This document shows, piece by piece, positions 20,173 through 30,374 of a stretch of DNA of 64,000 nucleotides. The position numbers were made by a program, and so were the translations under genes. Source of the DNA: Gammaproteobacteria bacterium (GTDB lineage Bacteria; Pseudomonadota; Gammaproteobacteria; Magnimaribacterales; AG-339-G14); assembly GCA_019652555.1 (NCBI GenBank), contig BPAJ01000001.1, forward strand, positions 272,762 to 336,761, in the 5' to 3' direction. Numbering within the stretch: the stretch's first letter is position 1; the number at the start of each line of letters is the position of its first letter. The notes under the pieces were generated by a model. It was not told the DNA's origin and made no database searches. It worked only from the letters and a program-made list of their open reading frames with translations.

Positions 20173-20844
20173 ATGAGTCTTGCTGAGTTAGAAAATTCTA
20201 TTGGTTATAAATTTAAAAATAAGAAACTCTTGGATGAAGCTATTACGCATAAAAGCGTAAACTCTGATTTCAATAATGAAAGGCTAGAGTTCCTTGGCGA
20301 TTCAGTAATTTCACTTGTTGTTTCAGAGGCCTTACACTTTGAAGAGAGTTCTCTCGACGAAGGAAAATTAAGTATTTACCGCTCTAGAATCGTAAGCAGA
20401 TCTTCATTGAGTAAAGCGGGCCTGAAAATAAAATTAGATAAGTATTTGCATGCGGGTTCAGCGCTTAAGAATAATCAAAACCTAACAGAAACTATCATCG
20501 GAAACACTTTAGAAGCTCTCATTGGAGCTATTTTTCTTGATTCAGATTTTTTAAAAGCAAAAGAAATTACCTTGTCTATTTTAGATATAGATTTTTCTAA
20601 ACTTTTATTAGAAGAACAGAAAGATTCAAAAACTCTTCTTCAGGAATTTTTACAATCCCTAGATGAAGATTTGCCTGAATACGTAACTACTGAAAAAAAG
20701 CAAAATGGAGAAATTTATTTTGTCTCTAAGGTAACTTTGCCAATACATAATGTTTTTGGCGAAGGACAAGGAAAAAGTAAAAAATTAGCAGAACAAGAGG
20801 CCGCTTCTAACGTTTTAATCATGCTGAATAAAGATGGAAAATAA
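20173..20844 (+). CDS. rnc: ribonuclease III
   Basis: ERLEFLGDS signature and a C-terminal dsRBD. Confidence 0.95.
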   Translation: MSLAELENSIGYKFKNKKLLDEAITHKSVNSDFNNERLEFLGDSVISLVVSEALHFEESSLDEGKLSIYRSRIVSRSSLSKAGLKIKLDKYLHAGSALKNNQNLTETIIGNTLEALIGAIFLDSDFLKAKEITLSILDIDFSKLLLEEQKDSKTLLQEFLQSLDEDLPEYVTTEKKQNGEIYFVSKVTLPIHNVFGEGQGKSKKLAEQEAASNVLIMLNKDGK

Positions 20845-21727
20845 ATTTGGTTTTGTTTCGCTATCAGGCCGAACAAATGTTGGTAAATCAACCTTGCTAA
20901 ATGCTTTCTTTCAAAAAAAGATTGCCATTACTTCAAGAAAACCTCAGACCACACGCAATCGTATTTTAGGAATACTCACAGAAGAAAAATCTCAAATCGT
21001 TTTTCTGGATACTCCCGGAGTGCATCTTGGCTATAAAAGGCAGCTTAACAAAGTCATGAATAAAATCGCCTCTCACTGCTATGAAGAGGTAGATCTTGTT
21101 CTCTTTTTAATTGATCGTTTTAAGTGGCAAAAGGAAGAAGAAAATATTCTCAAAAGTTTAAAAAACCTCAATAAGCCTGTTGTTTTAGTCATTAACAAAA
21201 TAGACAGATTAAGAGATAAAACTAAGTTGTTAGCATTTATTAAAGATATCAGTGAAAAATTTAATTTTTTATCTATTGTTCCTATATCTGCATTGAAAAA
21301 AGATAATTTGATGGAATTGAAAAGTGTAATTTTGAACAATTTGGAAATTGGTCCATATCATTTTCCAGAAGACTCCCTAACAGAGTTTTCAGATAATTTT
21401 TTTATCTCAGAAATAATTAGAGAAAAAGCAATCAATAGGTTGGGTGATGAATTGCCTTATCGTCTGAATGTTGTGATTGAAAAAATTGATGATTCAAAAA
21501 AGCTTAAGACCATTTATGCAGCCGTCATTACTGAGTCCCAGAGTCAAAAAGGAATTATCCTTGGTAAGCAGGGCAGTATGATTAAAGCCATTGGAACAGC
21601 TGCCAGAAAAGAATTGGAAAAAGAGTTTTCAAAAAAAGTGAACCTTCAACTTTGGGTTAAAGCAAACAAAAATTGGACAAACGATATCAATAAGTTAAAA
21701 AAATTTGGTCTTGGAGTTGATTTTTGA
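20834..21727 (+). CDS. era: GTPase Era
   Basis: GRTNVGKSTL P-loop, DTPG, NKID and a KH domain. Overlaps rnc by 11 nt. Confidence 0.95.
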   Translation: MENKFGFVSLSGRTNVGKSTLLNAFFQKKIAITSRKPQTTRNRILGILTEEKSQIVFLDTPGVHLGYKRQLNKVMNKIASHCYEEVDLVLFLIDRFKWQKEEENILKSLKNLNKPVVLVINKIDRLRDKTKLLAFIKDISEKFNFLSIVPISALKKDNLMELKSVILNNLEIGPYHFPEDSLTEFSDNFFISEIIREKAINRLGDELPYRLNVVIEKIDDSKKLKTIYAAVITESQSQKGIILGKQGSMIKAIGTAARKELEKEFSKKVNLQLWVKANKNWTNDINKLKKFGLGVDF

Positions 21728-22414
21728 AGTCTTTAGGCGCAAACGAAACAGAAGCAATTCTTTTACTAAGTAGAAAGTTCTCAGAAACCAGTCTGATTTG
21801 CGAACTTTTTACCAGAAAAAATGGCAGAGTTTCTGTCATAGCGAAAGGAGCTCGATCAAAAAAAAACAAATTTCAAAATGTTGCTGCTCCAAACATTTTA
21901 GCCAATATTAATTATTCCGGTAAAAGCGAACTAAAGACCTTAACTTCTTGGGAAGAAATCAAATACTTTCAAATACTTGGAAAAAATTTAAAAATCTTAC
22001 TGTATCTCAATGAATTGATTTTCAAATTAATAGAAAAGGAAGTTAAACAAGAGAAAATTTTTGATGCCGTAATTAATTTTTACAAGATCTTAGAATTGGG
22101 AGAAGCTAAAAATATTGAGATATCTTTAAGAGAGTTTGAATATTTTTTAATTTGTGAACTTGGCTATGGTTTTGATTTTCAATTTGATGACAAAGGAAAG
22201 GGTATACAAAAAGACGGAATCTATTATTTTCATCCAGCTCAAGGATTTTCAGAAAAACCTTTAAATAATTTTTTAAAAGTCTCTGGAATTGATATCATAA
22301 ATTTTACCAATGGAAAAATCACTTCTTCTTCAGCAAGAAGTAAAATAAAAAAAATTATGCAACTTGCAATCACCTACATCGCTGAAAAACCTATGAATGC
22401 AGGAGCAATATTCA

Positions 22415-22422
<8 letters not shown>
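21724..22422 (+). CDS. recO: DNA repair protein RecO
   Basis: Follows era as in gammaproteobacteria. The N-terminal OB-fold-like sequence (AILLLSRKFSETSLICELFTRKNGRVSVIAKG) is typical of RecO. TTG start overlaps the era stop. Confidence 0.8.
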
Positions 22423-23445
<1,023 letters not shown>

Positions 23446-24117
23446 ATGACCAACATTTTAGCTATTGAAACCTCTTCGGTTTACTGTTCAATTGGCTTAG
23501 CAAAAAATAAAGAAATATATATCGAGCATTCTCAGGAAGAAAATACGCATGGTAAAAATATTTTTGGTTTTATAGACAACCTCCTTAAGAAATCTCAACT
23601 TGAAAAAGAAGAGCTAGACTTCATTGCCTTGAGTGTTGGCCCAGGATCCTTTACAGGATTAAGGGTGGGGTGTTCTGTAGCGCAAGGCCTTGCCTTTGGT
23701 TTGCAAAAGAAAATTTTACCTCTTTCCAGTCTTTTGGTTTTAGCTCAAACTGTTTTTTTGGAACAAAAAGCCAAAGAACTTTTTATTGTAAAAGAAGCAC
23801 ATATGAATGATTTATATATTGGTAAATACATAAGAAAAAATAATGATTTGGCTCACCCTTTAATCAACGATGCTGCCATTAAGAAAACAGAACTTTCTGA
23901 TTTTATTTCTTCAGATAATAAAGAAATCATCTGTAGCGATTGTCATGAGTTTTTAGACTACTTAATTAAGCCAACCCTTTTAGAAACAAATAATCATGCA
24001 AAAGGTCTATTACACTTAGCATGTTATCTCGATGATTTAGATGCCAGATTGAAAAATCCTGAAGAGGTATATCCCGCTTATCTTTCAGGCACCGATCAAT
24101 GGAAGAGAGTTAAATAA
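23446..24117 (+). CDS. tsaB: tRNA t6A37 biosynthesis protein TsaB (YeaZ)
   Basis: ILAIETSS start and GPGSFTGLRVG motif. Confidence 0.85.
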   Translation: MTNILAIETSSVYCSIGLAKNKEIYIEHSQEENTHGKNIFGFIDNLLKKSQLEKEELDFIALSVGPGSFTGLRVGCSVAQGLAFGLQKKILPLSSLLVLAQTVFLEQKAKELFIVKEAHMNDLYIGKYIRKNNDLAHPLINDAAIKKTELSDFISSDNKEIICSDCHEFLDYLIKPTLLETNNHAKGLLHLACYLDDLDARLKNPEEVYPAYLSGTDQWKRVK

Positions 24118-24894
24118 ATGGAAGTTTTGCAAATTCTAATTTTGTCAGTCATTCAAGGCTTGACAGAATTTTTACCTATTTCTAGCTCTGCACACTTGAT
24201 AATCACTTCCTCAATCTTAGGTCAAGAGACCCAATCAATCACTGTTGATATTTTTGCGCATGGTGGCAGTTTATTTGCAGTAATTATTTATTTTAGAGTA
24301 GAACTAGCTGACGCTCTAAAAGGTTATAAATTATCTTCAGGCGATTCATTTTTAAATAAATTATTGCTTGGATCCTTACCAATATTAATTACAGGATTTT
24401 TATTAAGAGATTTCATTTCAGAAAATTTAAGGACACTAGACATTATTGCGCTTTCAACTATTTTTTTTGGTATTCTACTTTGGATTGCTGATAGAGCTTC
24501 AAAAGAACAAACGCCTTATGAATCAGTAACCTTTAAACATGCTTTTTTCATTGGCTTAGCTCAATGCTTGGCCTTGATTCCAGGAACCAGCCGTTCAGCG
24601 ATCACAATAATTTGTGCTTTATTCTTGAGTTACTCTAGAACGGTTGCCTCAAAGTTTGCTTTCATGCTTGCAATACCTACTTTGGGTATTATTTTCTTCT
24701 CAGAAATTATCTCCTTAGGATTTACCTCATCAGAAATAAATTGGCTTGATGTTCTTTTGGTTTCAACCTTTTCGTTTTTAAGTTCTTACTTATGCATTGG
24801 AATTTTTTTAAACCTCATCGAACGAATAGGCTTTACACCTTTTGTCGTCTATAGAGTTTTACTCGGGATTTTTTTACTTTTTTTAGCCTACTAA
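24118..24894 (+). CDS. uppP: undecaprenyl-diphosphate phosphatase
   Basis: QGLTEFLPISSSAHL and PGTSRSA motifs of BacA/UppP. Polytopic membrane protein. Confidence 0.95.
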   Translation: MEVLQILILSVIQGLTEFLPISSSAHLIITSSILGQETQSITVDIFAHGGSLFAVIIYFRVELADALKGYKLSSGDSFLNKLLLGSLPILITGFLLRDFISENLRTLDIIALSTIFFGILLWIADRASKEQTPYESVTFKHAFFIGLAQCLALIPGTSRSAITIICALFLSYSRTVASKFAFMLAIPTLGIIFFSEIISLGFTSSEINWLDVLLVSTFSFLSSYLCIGIFLNLIERIGFTPFVVYRVLLGIFLLFLAY

Positions 24895-25734
24895 TTGTCT
24901 TTTGATGCTCCACCCACTATATTTTTGAACCACATAAAAGATATAGGATATGAATTTTACAATTCCAGGAATCTTTGTTTCTTTTGCAAAAACTTCTCTT
25001 TTTAATAAGCTTTCATACCAATCATTAACATTGGGATGAAGAATATGTATTGGATATCTCGCAGCCTTAAGTCTTGAAACATAAATAAACCATGCAATAT
25101 CAGGCAAGGTTAGTTCGTTACCCAAAATGTAGGTATGGTGAGTAAGTTTTTCATTTATTTCATCAAGATGGAGTTTGAGATTCAGTAAAGATTTGGTTGC
25201 AACTTCGTCTGTGATCCCTACTTTTTTATAATTCTCCCAAAACTTTCTATTTGCATCGTCTTCTGAGTCCTCACTTCCATGCAAGGTAGCCTTTGATGCA
25301 GACTTTTCTTGAATTTTTACGTTATTCAAGAATTTTGGAACTAAGAATTTAAAAGTAACATTTCGGATGTCTAAATGCAGGTCATTTTCTTCAATCATCA
25401 TTCGATTTATCTCTTCTTCTTTATCTTTAGGTATCAAACTCAAGGTGGGGAACTTATTATCCAAATACTTAAGGATGTCATTACTCTCGATATGAACTTC
25501 TCCGTCATCAACCAAAACAGGAACCAATGATCTAGGAGTAATACCTTGAAAGTAAGGAGAAAAGTTTTCTTTTTTTTGAAGATTTATATGATGGCCTGTG
25601 TAATCTATGTTTTTTAGACCCATAAAAATTCTTGTTTTCATTGAACAAGCAGAAAAAGTGAAATGAAAGAGATGGATTCCTTTCCAAGAAAGGACTTCTT
25701 TTGTTTTAATATCTTCTTGTCTGAGTTTAACCAT
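24883..25734 (-). CDS. glutathione S-transferase-like protein
   Basis: Thioredoxin-like N-domain (SACSMK..., VPVLVDDGEVHIESNDILKYL) plus a helical C-domain. Subclass not assignable by eye. Confidence 0.6.
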   Translation of the reverse strand: MVKLRQEDIKTKEVLSWKGIHLFHFTFSACSMKTRIFMGLKNIDYTGHHINLQKKENFSPYFQGITPRSLVPVLVDDGEVHIESNDILKYLDNKFPTLSLIPKDKEEEINRMMIEENDLHLDIRNVTFKFLVPKFLNNVKIQEKSASKATLHGSEDSEDDANRKFWENYKKVGITDEVATKSLLNLKLHLDEINEKLTHHTYILGNELTLPDIAWFIYVSRLKAARYPIHILHPNVNDWYESLLKREVFAKETKIPGIVKFISYIFYVVQKYSGWSIKRQLVG

Positions 25735-25748
25735 CGTTTTTTACTGAC

Positions 25749-26522
25749 ATGAATAATTTTACAGAAAGAAAGCCATTTGTATCCTATCTTTCCAAAAATG
25801 AAATCAGATTTGCAGAAAAATTTGCATCCAAACACGACTTGGAATTAATCACACCGAGAAACTTAAGGATTTCCAAAACACACAAGCAAGTCATTTGGGC
25901 ATCAGCCAAAAACCTTGCATTGCAAGATTTGGCAATAAAAAACTCAAAACCTTTTGTCATAGATTACATGGACTTTAAAAAAATTATGGCCAAATCATCT
26001 TTGCTAAAGAAATGTTTTTCCAAAAAAGATATTGGGAGAAAGGTGATTGATTTGACCGCAGGATATTGTATAGATGCTTTAGAAATAAGTTTCCTTGGAT
26101 ATTCAGTCACTGCTATAGAGAAAAAATCTTGGCTGTATGAATTTACAAATCAATGTCTGCAAAACTCAAAGCATAAAGATTTGCAACATGCTATTAATCG
26201 AATAGATTTTCTAAATGGCGATTCTTTGGATCTCTTAAAAAAATATTCAGATCATGAGATTGTCTATCTGGATCAAATGTTTGAACAAAAAAATGATGCA
26301 AGAGCCAAAAAAGAAATACAATTCTTAAGAAATTTAGATTTTGAAGAATTTGATTTAAATAGATTTAAAAAGTCTCTGAAACAAAACAATTTCAAGAAAA
26401 TCATTTACAAATCAGCTCTGTATAGCAACATGAACTCGCTTATCAACTTAAAACCTTCCCGTGTTATAAAAGGCAAGGCATTTAAATACAATATATTTAC
26501 CATAGACCAGGAGAGCGAATGA
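25749..26522 (+). CDS. rsmJ: 16S rRNA m2G1516 methyltransferase RsmJ-like class I SAM methyltransferase
   Basis: VIDLTAGYCIDALEISFLGYSVTAIEK and IVYLDQMF..K...AKKEIQFLR align with E. coli RsmJ VVDATAGLGRDAF.. and [24 protein letters not shown]. Confidence 0.7.
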   Translation: MNNFTERKPFVSYLSKNEIRFAEKFASKHDLELITPRNLRISKTHKQVIWASAKNLALQDLAIKNSKPFVIDYMDFKKIMAKSSLLKKCFSKKDIGRKVIDLTAGYCIDALEISFLGYSVTAIEKKSWLYEFTNQCLQNSKHKDLQHAINRIDFLNGDSLDLLKKYSDHEIVYLDQMFEQKNDARAKKEIQFLRNLDFEEFDLNRFKKSLKQNNFKKIIYKSALYSNMNSLINLKPSRVIKGKAFKYNIFTIDQESE

Positions 26523-26887
26523 ATTATCAAAATGATGTATCTAACTTTATGATCTTAGGAGAACAAAAAATAGCTTCAGATCTTAATCTTAAAAATGAAC
26601 AAACTCAGCTTTATATGAATTTGATCAAAGAGGAGTTTGAAGAGACTGCGAAAGCATTTGAAGAAGAAGACTTGGTTGAGGTTGCCGATGGTCTTGCAGA
26701 TATGGTTTGGGTCATCATGGGTATGTGCAATAGTGTGGGCATAGATTTTGATAAGATTTGGGAAGAAGTGAAAAGCTCAAATATGAGTAAATTTGTTGAT
26801 GGAAAATTCATCAAAAATGATGCTGGGAAAATTATGAAGCCAGAGACTTATTTTAAGCCAAACATCAAAAAAGCTTTGGGTTTATAA
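26519..26887 (+). CDS. MazG-like nucleotide pyrophosphohydrolase (small all-alpha NTP-PPase)
   Basis: 122 aa. EEFEET ... E..ADGLADMVWV acidic helices typical of the MazG/HisE superfamily. Confidence 0.6.
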   Translation: MNYQNDVSNFMILGEQKIASDLNLKNEQTQLYMNLIKEEFEETAKAFEEEDLVEVADGLADMVWVIMGMCNSVGIDFDKIWEEVKSSNMSKFVDGKFIKNDAGKIMKPETYFKPNIKKALGL

Positions 26888-26889
26888 TC

Positions 26890-26916
26890 CATGCCGCCTT
26901 GACGGCGGCATGTTTT
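26890..26916 (+). terminator. rho-independent terminator
   Basis: CATGCCGCC-ttgac-GGCGGCATG 9-bp GC-rich stem followed by TTTT, between convergent genes. Confidence 0.75.
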
Positions 26917-26924
26917 AGGGGAGA

Positions 26925-27371
26925 TTATTCTGTAATTAATTCGCCTGAATTAATTTGAATAACTTTTGCTTTTTCCGACTCTGGAATAATCCTTTCTAGA
27001 TTTATTTTTAATAAACCATTCTTAAGGTCAGCTGTTTTGACAACAACTTCAGGCGCAAGAGAGAATTGCAATTTAAAGGCCCTCGCAGCAATACCCTGAT
27101 GTAAGACTTCTCCAGAAGAATTTTTAGAACCTTCATGAGTGATGCTCAAGTTGTTTTCCTTAGTTTCGACGGTTAAATCTTCTTCGCTAAGACCTGCAAC
27201 TGCGACCTCGATGGTAATATCATTGCCTTCACGTTTGATGTTGTATGGAGGATAAGATCTTGAATCTTCTCCTATCTCACTGAATGTTCTCAATGAATCG
27301 AACAAACTATCGAATCCCAAAAACCTCGTTGAGAAGAAAGGATCTGATAAATTTAATACACTATTTTTCAT
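26925..27371 (-). CDS. ibpA: small heat-shock protein (Hsp20/IbpA family)
   Basis: Alpha-crystallin domain (YPPYNIKREGNDITIEVAVAGLSEEDLTVE...GLLKINLER). I start at ATG 27371 (MKNSVLN), preceded by AAGGAG, rather than track start 27416. Confidence 0.9.
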   Translation of the reverse strand: MKNSVLNLSDPFFSTRFLGFDSLFDSLRTFSEIGEDSRSYPPYNIKREGNDITIEVAVAGLSEEDLTVETKENNLSITHEGSKNSSGEVLHQGIAARAFKLQFSLAPEVVVKTADLKNGLLKINLERIIPESEKAKVIQINSGELITE

Positions 27372-27375
27372 AATA

Positions 27376-27398
27376 AACTCCTTAAATTTAAGCAAGTT
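27376..27398 (-). promoter_or_regulatory. ROSE-like RNA thermometer hairpin masking the ibpA SD
   Basis: Minus strand reads AACUUGCUUAAAUUUAAGGAGUU. UUGCU pairs across AGGAG with a bulged G, the ROSE signature known for ibpA 5' UTRs. Confidence 0.55.
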
Positions 27399-27470
27399 AA
27401 TAAAAAGACACCTCATTCGAGCATGTCAACCTATGGAAAGATCCCATCACGGCAACCTTTCTCAATATTT

Positions 27471-27498
27471 ATATGGAGGTATTTTTTGTTTTTTCAAG
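27471..27498 (-). promoter_or_regulatory. sigma-32 type heat-shock promoter of ibpA
   Basis: Minus strand reads CTTGAAA-N13-CTCCATAT, against consensus CTTGAAA-N13/14-CCCCATnT. Confidence 0.6.
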
Positions 27499-27501
27499 AC
27501 T

Positions 27502-29871
27502 TTAAGTAGTACTTTTGGAAAGTTCTTTCAGCCAATTTGGCTCTAAAAACTTATTGGCATCTTTTTCTAATCGTTGAGTTATTCTGGTGGGATAAAGCAT
27601 TCCCTTATCATCCTCGCGGACATATTTATTTTCTATTAACCGATTTAAGAAAACATCAAACATCCATTTTTCAGAAAATTCTGGAGTCAGTCTTGCTTGA
27701 GTTTTTTCTAAATTTTTAAGTATTTCTAGAGAATTTCTTTCCAATTCATTTTTTGAAATATGTTCTGCTGAATTTTTCCATAATTGAGAAATCAAAACGT
27801 AAAATCTATCAATGGATGGTTGGACAAGTTTTCCCAGCGATTGAGTTTCATAAAACTCCCTTGATTTGAAATCAGGTCTCTTGTAATTATTGGAATCTTC
27901 AAGAATGAGATTTTTATTTATAAGTTTGTTTAGCTTTAAGTTAATTAATTGATCCAAATCTGCTTCATCCCATTTAAGAAAAAATTCTTCTTTTAAAAAG
28001 GGATAAATCATTTTTATGGACTGCAACAAATCTTCCTTAATGATTTCTTTTTGGTACTGAAAAAAACCGCATATTAGTGACTCAAAAATAAGTAGGTGAG
28101 AAATATTATTTCTGTAAAAGCTAAGCTTAGCCGCCTCTAAATTTGTCAAAGAAATTCTGTCGTTTATGTCTTCCTTAGAAAGGAAACCTAACTTTCTCAT
28201 TTGATCAATTATCTCTTCTCCAGTTTTTTCACAAATCAAAGTTTTGGCAGAATATTTATCTTCTACAAGCAAGGACTTCAACAATTCAATTCTTGAAACA
28301 AGTTCTCGATTTGAAATCGAGAAACCATCACTATTTAAAATTGCCAGAGAAAACAATGCGGTAGAAGTCACAACAGTTGAATCGTTGATAGTAGTCATGA
28401 TTTTCTTACCTAGAACGGGAGTAACTTTAAAGAGCCAATCCTTCTCAGATGAGTAGTCACTCAGTGGATATTCTTTTAACAGGGCATTCAAATTTATCGG
28501 TTCTCCAAATTGCAAATAAGCCTCTCCAAGATAATTTCTGAAATCTCTAAATACCGAAAAGATATCTTTTAAATTCTCTTTTTTCTTCTCTGCACCCATT
28601 ACTTCGTTGATATAAGAATTTCCTTCAAGGACTTTTTCATAATTAATAGAAATTGGTACGAAACTAACTTGTTTTTCATCCATACCCAAGAAGGATCTGA
28701 GAATCATCGAAATAATTCCAGGTCTTGGCGGCATTAATTTTCCCGATCTAGATCTTCCTCCTTCAGGAAAAAATTCTATCGAATGTCCTCTTTGCATTAA
28801 TTTTTTTAAATGCTCATAAAACACTACTGAGTAAAGACGATTGTTGCTAAAAGAGCGCCTCATAAAAAAAGCTCCTCCTTTTCTCAAGAGTGGACCAACC
28901 AGCGGTAAATTTAAATTTTTACCAGCAACGATTTGAGGCAGCATCAAATCTTTGTAGTAAAGCAAATAAGATAAAGCTAGATAATCGATATGGGAACGAT
29001 GACAAGGTGAAAAAATTAGAGAGGTACTCGGCGCAATTTTTCTAATCTCTTCAAAATTTAATACCTCCAAGTTCTCATATCTCGAGTTCCAAAACCAAGT
29101 TAGGGCTCTATCGTAAAGATAGATAAATGGATAAGACATATCCGAGCAAATTTCCCATACATATTTACTAGCTTTTTTTTGTAATTTAGTTGATTTTTTT
29201 TGACTGCCCTCAGATTCAGATTCAATATAACTTTTAATCGAATGAGAATTTAAAATGCTAGTCACCAATGTTCTTCTATTGGAAATATCCGGTCCTAAGT
29301 GAGCTTTTCGATTTTGTCTGAATCTAGCTCTCAAAAGCCTTTCAGTTTTTAAAACAAGATTTTTATCTGATTCGGGACTGTTGAAAATATCGTCTACTTC
29401 AAGGGGTTTGTGAAAAAATATTTTCACATTTCTACCATTAAAAAAAAGTTTGAATAAATTTCTAATAAAACTGGTTCCCTCCCAAGATTCTCTAAATAAA
29501 AGCTTGAGCCAGTTATCTTGCCGTTCTGGCGATTTTCCCCAAAAAACATCTACAGGGATGATGATCGCTTTTTTTGAAAAATTTCGATTCTCAGCAAGGA
29601 TGCCTAATTCTTTTGGATGCATCCTTTTTGGAGTTTGCCAGGGAAATTTTCTTTTTGGATTTCTAATTTGAAAATAATTTTTCTTAATAGGAGATTTTTC
29701 ATTTTTTAATTTAAGTTCAGTTAAATTATTTTGCTTAGTAAGGATTTTTAAAGCCTGATAATCTATTCTTGAGGTTGAGGAAAGCGCGTAGATAATATCT
29801 TCATTTTTCAAGAGTAATTCGGTTTTTTTCGATTCACTTTCGTGATTGGCTTTTATTAGAAAATTAAACAT
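27502..29871 (-). CDS. plsB: glycerol-3-phosphate 1-O-acyltransferase
   Basis: 789 aa. HRSHIDY (HX4D) and FFPEGGRSRSGK acyltransferase blocks. Confidence 0.9.
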   Translation of the reverse strand: MFNFLIKANHESESKKTELLLKNEDIIYALSSTSRIDYQALKILTKQNNLTELKLKNEKSPIKKNYFQIRNPKRKFPWQTPKRMHPKELGILAENRNFSKKAIIIPVDVFWGKSPERQDNWLKLLFRESWEGTSFIRNLFKLFFNGRNVKIFFHKPLEVDDIFNSPESDKNLVLKTERLLRARFRQNRKAHLGPDISNRRTLVTSILNSHSIKSYIESESEGSQKKSTKLQKKASKYVWEICSDMSYPFIYLYDRALTWFWNSRYENLEVLNFEEIRKIAPSTSLIFSPCHRSHIDYLALSYLLYYKDLMLPQIVAGKNLNLPLVGPLLRKGGAFFMRRSFSNNRLYSVVFYEHLKKLMQRGHSIEFFPEGGRSRSGKLMPPRPGIISMILRSFLGMDEKQVSFVPISINYEKVLEGNSYINEVMGAEKKKENLKDIFSVFRDFRNYLGEAYLQFGEPINLNALLKEYPLSDYSSEKDWLFKVTPVLGKKIMTTINDSTVVTSTALFSLAILNSDGFSISNRELVSRIELLKSLLVEDKYSAKTLICEKTGEEIIDQMRKLGFLSKEDINDRISLTNLEAAKLSFYRNNISHLLIFESLICGFFQYQKEIIKEDLLQSIKMIYPFLKEEFFLKWDEADLDQLINLKLNKLINKNLILEDSNNYKRPDFKSREFYETQSLGKLVQPSIDRFYVLISQLWKNSAEHISKNELERNSLEILKNLEKTQARLTPEFSEKWMFDVFLNRLIENKYVREDDKGMLYPTRITQRLEKDANKFLEPNWLKELSKSTT

Positions 29872-29956
29872 TAGAAGTTATTCTTTCTTTATGGTGATAA
29901 AATGCGGATTTTAACAAAACAAATCTTATTTTTTTTGAATTTTACCTTGTAATATA

Positions 29957-30042
29957 GCCGGAGTGGCGGAATTGGTAGACGCGTTCGATTCAAAATCGAG
30001 TGCCCACAAGGCGTGAGAGTTCGAGTCTCTCCTCCGGCACCA
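29957..30042 (+). tRNA. tRNA-Leu (anticodon CAA)
   Basis: Hand-folded. Acceptor GCCGGAG/CTCCGGC, anticodon loop TTCAAAA, long variable arm, GTTCGAGTC T-loop and encoded CCA. Confidence 0.9.
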
Positions 30043-30056
30043 AAGGAGAAGTTAAT

Positions 30057-30371
30057 ATGAAAGAAACCGAAATAGTCATGGCCCAACAAGCTCCAAGTTT
30101 TTTTGGCCCGCAATTAATTTTGTTAATTGGTTTTGTCGCCATAATGTATTTTTTAATCATCAGGCCGCAAAACAAAAGGCTCAAAGCTCAAAAAGAAATG
30201 ATTGAGTCACTCTCTGTAGGAGATGAAGTTATTGCTTCGGGCGGTATGGTCTGTGTAATTACAAAGATGAATGATGATTTTTTAACCGTTCGAGCTAATG
30301 ACACAGTTCTTACAATCCAGCGAGAATCTGTAAGTAACGTTTTGCCTAAAGGAACAATTAAATCTCTCTAA
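30057..30371 (+). CDS. yajC: preprotein translocase subunit YajC
   Basis: One TM followed by IIRPQNKR and GDEVIASGGM motifs. ATG 30057 has AAGGAG just upstream. The track ORF start (30000) lies inside the tRNA. Confidence 0.9.
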   Translation: MKETEIVMAQQAPSFFGPQLILLIGFVAIMYFLIIRPQNKRLKAQKEMIESLSVGDEVIASGGMVCVITKMNDDFLTVRANDTVLTIQRESVSNVLPKGTIKSL

Positions 30372-30374
30372 AAA

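Noticed and set aside
26519-26887. MazG-like gene as part of a toxin-antitoxin or defence module
   Set aside because: It overlaps rsmJ in a housekeeping context. No adjacent toxin or antitoxin-sized ORF and no mobile-element signature.
29889-30184. Two minus-strand ORFs (74 and 64 aa) and the 5' extension of the yajC ORF
   Set aside because: They run through tRNA-Leu; the tRNA fold is unambiguous.
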